Shown here piece by piece: positions 47,875-56,540 of a stretch of 64,000 nucleotides of DNA. The notes under the pieces were generated by a model. It saw nothing but the letters and a program-made list of their open reading frames with translations, was not told the origin of the DNA and did no database searches. The first letter of the stretch is position 1. Each line of letters begins with the position of its first letter. The stretch lies in the NCBI GenBank assembly GCA_048938105.1, contig JBHLMN010000006.1, positions 64,001 through 128,000 of the forward strand. The letters run 5' to 3'. The position numbers were made by a program, and so were the translations under genes. The DNA is from Promethearchaeota archaeon (GTDB lineage Archaea > Asgardarchaeota > Heimdallarchaeia > Hodarchaeales > Hodarchaeaceae).

Positions 47875-49494
47875 GATCTAATAACAAATTAGTGATGAAT
47901 AATATCACAAAGAAAAAGGAATGATCTTCTGTTTCTTTCTGTTACTACTTTTGTCTTGAAGCCAATTTCCGAACAACTATAAATGCAACGACGATTGTAA
48001 GAAAGAGGACAAGCCGAAGACCAAGAGGAGGCGAGGGAGGGGAAGGTAATTCATTCTGGATATTAAAGATGTCATCAGAGACATCATCAGCTTGTAAACC
48101 ATCTACACCTTCAGCAATAACTTTAAAGAGATATGAACCATCAGGAACATTAGTAGTATTCCAATCAAAAGTATATATAATGATATTTAGAGTAATATCA
48201 CCTCCTGAGGTTGTAGCGAATCGAATCCACGATTGACCATTATTTGATGAATAATAAAATGTATAATAGACTGGATATTCTCGATAATCGATCGCAGATT
48301 TCCAACGCACAGGTATTGTACCATTGAGGAGTTCTCCACCATTTGGAAACACTAATAATAGCCCTACTAATTCATATGGAGGTTGAATTGAAGATTGAAG
48401 TGGATTTTGGTCTTGGTTGTTTGAAGTACCATCAATGGAGTACGGGGTGTCTATAATACCATTAGTATCCACATCTAGAGACAAAACAATCACTTCTTGC
48501 CAGTAATTTAAAGAAAAAACATTGTTTTCCCCGTCGTCTGAAGCTTGAGATTTTCCATCAGGATTATTCCTAATAAAATCGTTCCATTTAATCTTATTTC
48601 TTCTAGAATATACATTAAGTGAAACTCCATAATCGTTATTGTTGGAGATAATATTGCTATAGATATCACAATCATTAGAGTTCCCAACAAGAATTCCATG
48701 TCTATCATTTTCATCTATAGTGTTCATGATAATATTGATTTCCTGACTCTCCTGTAAATAGATTCCGTATGCACCACTGTGGATAATAGTATTATTGAGA
48801 ACATTACAATCATAAGAATTTCTAATATGGATCCCGATCCAAACATTATAGGAAACAATATTACCAGAAATAGTACTGTATGAAGAGTCATGAATCTCTA
48901 GTCCTGATCCTTCATTTCTATTCAAGTCATTAAATGAAATATCACTTCCATCGCTATCGTCTATATAGATTCCACCTCCTCCATTGCTAGAAATAGTGTT
49001 GTTGAAGATGTTACAGTCACCAGATAACGTAAGATAAATACCCATCCACCCGTTAAAAGTAATGAAGTTACCAGAAAGTGTATTATTTTCAGAAGAGTCT
49101 AAATAAATTCCAAATTCATCGTTATCCGACACATTATTCCCTATAATCGTGTTCCCACTGGAAAAAAGAAGTGAAATTCCACTTCTACTATTACTTAATA
49201 AGTTGTTTCTTAGGATAGACAAATTAAAGCTTAAAATAGCTAGTAAACCGACAACACCATTCACCAGATTTTGATTCGTAACTGTCATATCGCTACAATT
49301 GACCAAAATGACTTGCCCTGCTCCACTAGGAATGGTTCCCCCTGATCTATCCTCCCAAAAAATGATTGGTTTTCCATTTATGGTATTATTGGTTACAAAT
49401 CTTTGAGAGAAATGCCCAAGGTGATCTCCATTAATATAAAAGTCATTATTTACTAGGTTATTTTCTACAATGATATTATTCCCCGAGTAATACA

Positions 49495-49918
49495 ATGCAA
49501 TTCCAATCCCATCATTGTTAGAAACAGTATTATTCACCAGCACACTGTCCCAAGACTCATAAAACTCAATTCCTGACCAAAGGTTATTATAAATGAGATT
49601 GTTAGAGAGATTACTTCTCATAGAATGTTGGAGTTCAATTCCAATTCCATCATTTCTAAAAACGATATTATCAACAACTATACCACGTCCAGACTCATAA
49701 AACTCAATTCCTGATCCACTGTTATTGTGAATAAGATTGCTAGCGAGATAACAGCTCTCAGAGTTAACAAGTTCAATTCCAATTCCCTCATTATCGAAAA
49801 CGATATTATCAACGAGTGCACCACCCCTAGACTCATATAACTCAATTCCTGACCCACCGTTATTGTGAATAATATTGCTAGCGAGATAACAGCTCTCAGA
49901 GTTATCAAGTTCAATTCC
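49495..49918. repeat. 138-bp (46-aa) tandem intragenic repeat, 3 copies
   Basis: Units start at 49633 and 49771 (gttcaattccaattcc...), with a more diverged copy at 49495. Confidence 0.85.
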
Positions 49919-50050
49919 GATTTCCCCATTGTTGAAAATAGAATTATTGACAAACACGCTATTCTCTGATTCATAGAGATAAATACCTCTCCACGTATTG
50001 TTAAATATGATATTATCAGTTAGATTGCTTTCCTTTGATGCCCAGAGGCT

Positions 50051-50190
50051 AATTCCATTCTCGTTATTGAAAATAGTGTTATTGACTACTTCATTTATCC
50101 CTGAGTTATCAAGTCCAATTCCATTCTCGTTATTGAAAATAGTGTTATTGACTACTTCACTTATACCTGAGTTATCAAGTCCAATTCCAT
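50051..50190. repeat. 66-bp (22-aa) tandem duplication with 2 mismatches
   Basis: 50051-50116 versus 50117-50182; encodes GIGLDNSGI(S/N)EVVNNTIFNNEN twice. Confidence 0.95.
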
Positions 50191-51958
50191 ACCCGTTTTT
50201 AGATATGATATTCCCGAGAATAATGCTTTTGTTTGAGTTGAATAGCCTAATTCCGCTTCCATCCCACCCATACCACCACCAGTTAAAATGGCTATTACTG
50301 GAGATCAAGTTATTCGAAATGATGCAGCTCTCAGAATTCCAAAGATATAATCCGCCTCTGGAATTATTGGAGATAATACTCCTAGTTATATTACTATTCT
50401 CCACTGTATTCAGAAATATTCCGTACCTACTGTTGTTTGAAATATTGTTATTGGAGATAACCAATTGAGAACTCGAAATCGCTATCAGTCCAGATGTGAC
50501 ATTTGAAAGGTTTTGATTGGAAATCGTTATATTAGTGCAATTCACTAAAAAGACCTGACCAGCCTCATCAGGGACGGTTTTATCAGTCATATTTTGCCAG
50601 AAAATTATTGATTTCCCGTTGATTGTGTTATTCGTCACTTCTAACTGACCATAGTCCTCAAACATCCCCTCATCAATGTCTATTCCATTATTTATCAGAA
50701 TATTGTCTTTGATCGTGTTATTTGGAGATTCATAAAGAGAAATTCCTGATTCTTTGTTATTGGAAATGACATTAGTGGAGATTGAACTAGATCCCGATCT
50801 TTCAAGGTAGATTCCAGTTCTACCGTTTTCAAGCAGGACATTATCTGAAATAGTACTTGCCGCGCTTTTCAATAAGAAAATTCCATCCTCCCAATTGCAT
50901 GAAATAGTGTTGTTCCAGATTGATAACTTAGGACTGGAAATTGCAAATATACCAGATGAAACTTCTGATAGATTTTGATTGGAAACCGTGATATTCGCAC
51001 AATTCACCAATATAACTTGGCCTGCTCCACTAGGAACGATTTTATCAGTCATATTTTGCCAAAAAATTAACTTTTTCCCGTTGATCGTGTTATTTGCTAT
51101 TTCTGTCTGAAAATATCGATCAGCTTCCCATCTATCAACATCAAAACTACAATTCACTAGAATATTATTTATTATCCTATTGTTTGCAGAATGAGAAAGC
51201 CAGATTCCAGACTCTTCGATGTTGATAAGAAAATTGTTTGTTATCTCACAGTTCTCTGAGTCTAAAATGTTAATTCCAACACTACTATCAGTTACAGTAT
51301 TGTATGACACGTTGATGTTCCATGAGTGCCAGAGCTCAATTCCAGACGACCATCAAGAAGAGTTAGTAGTTAGAGTGTTATTATTCAAGACAATGTCTCC
51401 TGACCATGCAAGAATTATACCAGAGTAGCTGTTGTTTACTATATAAGTATTGTAGACATGCACATTCCTCACATTTTCAAGGAGAATCCCGTTACTTCCT
51501 CCGCTAATGATGCAATTTCTTATGTGAAAATGACGATTAGTATTGGAAATTGCTATTATGTCACCCCAATGCTCTGGCGTGGGATTAATATGATAGTTCT
51601 CTAAAATATACGGATCTGATCGAGAGCCACTCCCTGGAAAGTCGTAAATACCGCTAAACTCGTCATTATTATCGATATGAATGGGGCCACGCTGGTCATA
51701 CTTTGTAGATAGATTCGGAGGAAGATTTTGGGATATAGTTTGGAAATCATGCGATGACTGGGTCGAAGATTCTCCCCTCATCTTTTGAACCATTAGGTTG
51801 CTGGTTTTTCCCTCAGTTATGTGAATAGAATACGAAAACGGTTCAATAAAGGTGATTAATAAGAATACAACCAAGAATTCCCCTTTTTGGTTAATTTTCA
51901 TTGTGTGAACCGTATTCTATTATTTAACCTTCTACCTAGAGATGAACCTCTTAAGTCC

Positions 51959-52432
51959 TCATTTTATGCCTTTGGCAATATGTTCAGCGTCATGAGTGGA
52001 AAGATCATCAATTTGTAGCGCAAAAGGATGTAAGAGTCCCCTGTTATCAGACCACAACTTTCCAAATTCCCTGAAGACTCTTTGACGACTTTGTATGAAA
52101 TATTCACGAACAGTTTCTAAAGAAAGATGTTTCTTTTCGTTGATTATTTGATTATTCCAACGATTTACGAATTTCATTTGCTCTTCTTGCTTATAATCAG
52201 AAAATCGACAAAACCTCGGAATATAGGGTTCTTCATGTATCTGACTTTTCAGAATGTTTAAATACTCCTCATCCCACGCTTGAAGATGAATCATTAGTTC
52301 TTTTAGATTCCAACCATTTGATGCACACCAGTCAGGGTGGAGGTTTAAAATTCTCTCAGTGGAATTCTTTAGAGCTTTTATTTTAGATAACCATTCTTCC
52401 TTACTTATCTGACTTTGATTCAAATAATGCAC
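51959..52432 (-). CDS. DinB/ClbS/DfsB-like four-helix-bundle protein
   Basis: GWNLKELMIHLQAWDEE and C-terminal HDAEH. Confidence 0.75.
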   Translation of the reverse strand: MHYLNQSQISKEEWLSKIKALKNSTERILNLHPDWCASNGWNLKELMIHLQAWDEEYLNILKSQIHEEPYIPRFCRFSDYKQEEQMKFVNRWNNQIINEKKHLSLETVREYFIQSRQRVFREFGKLWSDNRGLLHPFALQIDDLSTHDAEHIAKGIK

Positions 52433-52528
52433 AACTTTTATACGTATATTAAGAGTATGCTATCCTTGTGAAACTTATATAATCCTAAAATATGATATGT
52501 ACGAAAATGTTTTTATTTTCTTCAATTT

Positions 52529-52563
52529 AAAAAAAGGAGGAATTGTTTGCACTAACAATTCCT
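52529..52563 (-). terminator. Hairpin plus oligo-U terminator after the SBBP gene
   Basis: Minus strand AGGAATTGTT-AGTGCA-AACAATTCCT, then CC and T7, about 20 nt after the stop at 52585. Confidence 0.7.
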
Positions 52564-52584
52564 TAACATGTGAGCTTTCTTGAT

Positions 52585-54390
52585 TTACTTTGATAATATT
52601 GATCTTCGCTTATATAGCACAGCCATTGTCCCTATGATTGCTAAGACTGGAAACATCTCGAACCCAATCGTACCGTTCGTAGTTGAGAACGTTGTTGTAG
52701 TCTTTTGTGTTGTTGATGTCGTAGAGGATTTATCTGGAACCCAATCTGGAAGGTTGATTATGCTTAAGAATACGTCATATCTACCTTTACATTCCTTCTG
52801 ATAAGCGTTTTCTGTGACGGGGAAATCATATGAAAAAGTGCAACCTGTGATACATAGATTGCCTGCACTATTGAGTACAGATCCGTATGACCCTATCTCA
52901 ATATAATTTCCTCCTATAAAGGTCGATGCTTGGAGAGCGGAGCCGTCTGCAGCTAATTTTACAGCATAGATGTCGAAATATTCAGTATCAATGACTGCTG
53001 ACTCATTAGGTACAAGAGGAAAATCACTAGATCTCGTCATCCCTGTGATATATAATCTGTTTCCACTATCTAATATACAAGCTCCACTCATTTCATCATC
53101 ACTTCCACCAATGAAGGTTGAATAGAGAAGGGTGGAGCCATCTGCAGCTAATTTTGTGACGAAAGAATCGCCACCTCTTTGATCAAAATAAAAATGAGAA
53201 TCTTGAACCCAACCATTACCTCCATTAAATGTTTGATCATAAGCATTGGTCGTTGTTGGAAAATCACTAGATTTTGTTTCACCGTAAAGATATAGGTTAT
53301 CTGAGCTATCTAGTGTAAGAGATTCAATATGATCATATTTACTTCCACCAATGAAGGTTGAATATACTAGAGAGGTTCCATTGGCTGATATTTTTGTAAT
53401 GAAACCATCAGAACTACCACCATAAGTTGTATTATATGCTGTACTCGTCGTTGGAAAATCATCTGACCACGTTTCACCTGTAATGTATATATTCTCAGAG
53501 CTGTCTAGAGTAATCCCCCGTGAAAGTTCATCACCACTTCCGCCAATAAAGGTGGAATAGAGAAGCTTTGACCCATTGGTTGAGATTTTACTAACATAAG
53601 CATCACCAAAGAAGCGATATAATCCCCAAGGATACAAATAAACCTCATTACTATACCCCCCATATGTTGAGTCAAATGCAGTTGGTGTTGTTGGAAAATT
53701 AGCTGAGTGAGTCGAACCTGTTATATAAACATTATTTGATCTATCTAAGACAATATCATCTACATAATCATTGTCGGTTCCACCAATGAAGGTCGAATAG
53801 AGTAGTTCTGAGCCATCTGCAGATAATTTGGCCACAAAAGCGTCAGTTGTCCCGTTGTGTGTTGAATCATAAGCATGTTTTATTGGGAAATTTTTGGAAT
53901 GTGTTACACCACAAATATATACATTATTTGAACTATCTAATGCAATGCTTTGAGCGTAATCGTGGTTACTTCCACCTAAAAAGGTTGAATATAAAAGCTG
54001 TGAGCCATCAGCTGAGAATTTAACAATAAATACGTCATAACCACCATTATGAGTGGGATCATAAGCATCCGTTGTATTTGGGAACAGTGGGGACATTGTG
54101 CCTCCACAGATGTATATATTGCCTGAACTATCTAAAGCCATATCACCTAATCCCTCCCAGTCACCACCACCGATATAGGTTGATGCAGTTAACTTTTGTG
54201 GATCGATCGTAATAGATTGTAAAGGATCATCCGCTATTAATAGTACTGGTTCTCCCTTGGTGTCTTCAATCAGCTGTATCGATTTGTCATGGTTTATAGG
54301 ATTTATTGCAGAATATATGAAAAGGATCGATAGCGAAAAGAAGCTTATTAAGAATATTACTTTCTTTTGTTTAATTAATTCTTTATTCAT
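52585..54390 (-). CDS. SBBP-repeat beta-propeller surface protein with CTERM anchor
   Basis: Seven YSTFIGG..D...LDSS.N.YI.G.T.S.DFP repeats; Thr-rich linker; IGFEM-TM-KRR. Confidence 0.92.
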   Translation of the reverse strand: MNKELIKQKKVIFLISFFSLSILFIYSAINPINHDKSIQLIEDTKGEPVLLIADDPLQSITIDPQKLTASTYIGGGDWEGLGDMALDSSGNIYICGGTMSPLFPNTTDAYDPTHNGGYDVFIVKFSADGSQLLYSTFLGGSNHDYAQSIALDSSNNVYICGVTHSKNFPIKHAYDSTHNGTTDAFVAKLSADGSELLYSTFIGGTDNDYVDDIVLDRSNNVYITGSTHSANFPTTPTAFDSTYGGYSNEVYLYPWGLYRFFGDAYVSKISTNGSKLLYSTFIGGSGDELSRGITLDSSENIYITGETWSDDFPTTSTAYNTTYGGSSDGFITKISANGTSLVYSTFIGGSKYDHIESLTLDSSDNLYLYGETKSSDFPTTTNAYDQTFNGGNGWVQDSHFYFDQRGGDSFVTKLAADGSTLLYSTFIGGSDDEMSGACILDSGNRLYITGMTRSSDFPLVPNESAVIDTEYFDIYAVKLAADGSALQASTFIGGNYIEIGSYGSVLNSAGNLCITGCTFSYDFPVTENAYQKECKGRYDVFLSIINLPDWVPDKSSTTSTTQKTTTTFSTTNGTIGFEMFPVLAIIGTMAVLYKRRSILSK

Positions 54391-54821
54391 CTTTCTTGCA
54401 ACTCCTCCTTATTGAGTCTTGAAGTATTTTCAGTTTTTTTCTCATAATTTCTCACATTTCATATCTTTTTTATATAACAAAATAAATAAATCTCCTATTA
54501 TATAAATATTTCCATAATAAATTATAATATGCAAGTTTATATTACGGTTTATATTTGTATATATAATCCATATTCAAGTATAATTCAATAAATAAAGGAT
54601 CTAAAAATTAATTTATGGATCTTACCTTTATTTTTAACTAAATATTAAATTAAAAAAATAATAATGAAAATATTATAATCATAGGGGAAGAATCAGTCAT
54701 TGTTAATTGAGAAAACATATCTTACATGACATCAAGCTATCATTTGATGTTGCAATAAATTTATAACGAGTATTTATATGTTAATATTCAAACTCTTCAA
54801 CAGATCAACAACCTTATTTTT

Positions 54822-56006
54822 TTGGCTGATTTTACTATGGCTGGATTGTCAAACGATATCAAAGATACTATTAAGTTTGAATCACTTTTGATGGATATTT
54901 TAAGACCAAACATCAACGAACAGCATGCTCGTATCCTCGCTATGATGTTCAAACTCGGTGGGTATACTACTCTGAATGTCTTGACAAAAAAGCTTACTAT
55001 GGCGCAACCTACTGTGAGTAACAGAGTAGCTGAATTAGTTGAATTGGGTGGTTTTCTAAGAAAGAACTCTGAACTCATGCCCATTGCCCTGGTCCTCCTT
55101 CTTACAGTTGACGAATTAGAATTACTCTTAAGGAACAAAATTATCGCTTACCGAGAGGCATGTCAATTTTTGGTGCAATTGTCAGATATCTCTGACAGTG
55201 AATTGGGAAAATACACATTTATTCAAGCCATTGATAAGTTATATCCTAAATCAACAAGCTATCAATCATATTTAGTACAGCTCATAGCTAATACTTATCT
55301 CCACAGCCCTGTTTCAAGAAATAGATTATTTCAGCAAGTTCGATCTAATTTAGGAGAATCCAAGAAATTAGAAAAAGAATTAAGTTCAATAATTGCTTCT
55401 CATGACGATATTTTTCATATTATTCATCAGAAACAGCAGATAAAGGAAATGTTTGTCCAACCAAAACTCCCTTTAAGGATTTTCGCGCAAAATCGTTTGA
55501 ACTATCTTGAATCCCTATTCTCATATTACCAAGAACTCCTCATAGAGTTATCAGATTTAATGTCAAGTGATTATGATTCAATTACCCCTCATAAATCTCT
55601 CCATTATCCCTCAGAAATCAAACGTAGATTAAATAGATGTCTAAACCATTATTCCACGATTCGTGTTATTGATAATTCGGTCTATCAGGAAAGAGATGAC
55701 ACGAATGGAATATTAGAGCTTTTGTTTGAGAGTAAGAATTTTACACAAGATCATAAAGTTATGATATTAACTAAAAAAAGGGTATTGGTTCCAGATAACA
55801 TTAATTCATCCCAAATTACTGTTCGACCTTTATCTAAGCAGATCAGTAGAGATTATATAACAAGAGATTTCATAATCTTCGAGAAGCATGGATGTTTAGT
55901 ATGTCCATCTGCTTCCAGTGATCCCTATTATAACATATCTCCCCACTTCATTTCAGAGATTTTGAATACTTTTCATTCGATTTGGAGAAAAAAACATGTT
56001 GATTGA
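54822..56006 (+). CDS. TrmB-like transcriptional regulator (wHTH, possible second wHTH, C-terminal effector domain)
   Basis: EQHARIL...TLNVLTKKLTMAQPTVSNRVAELVELGGFL HTH; C-terminal alpha/beta domain ending DFIIFEKHGCLV. Alternative ATG at 54837. Confidence 0.75.
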   Translation: MADFTMAGLSNDIKDTIKFESLLMDILRPNINEQHARILAMMFKLGGYTTLNVLTKKLTMAQPTVSNRVAELVELGGFLRKNSELMPIALVLLLTVDELELLLRNKIIAYREACQFLVQLSDISDSELGKYTFIQAIDKLYPKSTSYQSYLVQLIANTYLHSPVSRNRLFQQVRSNLGESKKLEKELSSIIASHDDIFHIIHQKQQIKEMFVQPKLPLRIFAQNRLNYLESLFSYYQELLIELSDLMSSDYDSITPHKSLHYPSEIKRRLNRCLNHYSTIRVIDNSVYQERDDTNGILELLFESKNFTQDHKVMILTKKRVLVPDNINSSQITVRPLSKQISRDYITRDFIIFEKHGCLVCPSASSDPYYNISPHFISEILNTFHSIWRKKHVD

Positions 56007-56475
56007 CTTTTTAAGGCTGATTAAAGGATTTATTTTAGTTATAGGCCCTAAAGAAGCAGGTAAAACTAGCATTTTGAGAAGGCTTGTAACAGGAACATTT
56101 GAAGAACACAAACCAACTCTGGGTTTTCACGAAGAGAAAATAGCTAGAATGAGAATAATTGAGATCGGAGGACATCAAAATTTTAAGGATTACTGGAAGA
56201 TTGCTCTGGAACAGTCTCCAGTGCATATTTTTTATGTTATCGACATAACAAAAAAGTCTGAATTTACCGATTATCGACAATTCTTAGATGATTTCAATCA
56301 TTCATATCCCCAGCTTACTGAAAAGACAACATTAATAGCTAATAAAATTGATCTAACAATTAAGATTCCCGAACACTTTAAAGAGATTAAGTCTATTATT
56401 CTATCCAGTGCAAAAAATGGGGAAGGGATGTTTGATATATTAGAAACTATTGCAAAATATAAAGATAGCGTTTAG
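55996..56475 (+). CDS. Small GTPase, Arf/Sar1-like
   Basis: G1 GPKEAGKT, G2 PTLGF, G3 EIGGH, G4 NKID, G5 SSAK; N-terminal amphipathic MLIDFLRLIK; 11-nt overlap with the regulator. Confidence 0.9.
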   Translation: MLIDFLRLIKGFILVIGPKEAGKTSILRRLVTGTFEEHKPTLGFHEEKIARMRIIEIGGHQNFKDYWKIALEQSPVHIFYVIDITKKSEFTDYRQFLDDFNHSYPQLTEKTTLIANKIDLTIKIPEHFKEIKSIILSSAKNGEGMFDILETIAKYKDSV

Positions 56476-56540
56476 ACGACTTTATAGCTTCAACGTGTTA
56501 ATAGAATTTAAGTATCTTTGTAAAGGACATGCAAGATCAA

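Larger units (their letters stand above)
47945..51901 (-). pseudogene. Large NosD/right-handed beta-helix surface protein, 1318 codons, interrupted by one in-frame TGA at 51353-51355 (pseudogene, read-through or sequence error)
   Basis: ORFs 51353..51901 (signal peptide, GSGSRSDPYILE) and 47945..51310 share a frame. The junction reads TTNSS*WSSGIELWHSWNINVSYNTV. Ends with a PNGGE Ig-like domain, a TM helix and RK. Confidence 0.75.

Noticed and set aside
47875-47944. SECIS element for the TGA at 51353
   Set aside because: No convincing stem-loop with SECIS core motifs is visible in the short 3' region.
49495-50190. Repeats as a CRISPR array or a DGR template/variable pair
   Set aside because: They are in-frame tandem coding repeats without spacers, the mismatches are not adenine-specific, and no cas or reverse transcriptase gene is present.
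49678-51428. ORFs 49678..49974, 49998..50468 and 51219..51428
   Set aside because: Alternative-frame or antisense shadows of the repetitive beta-helix gene.
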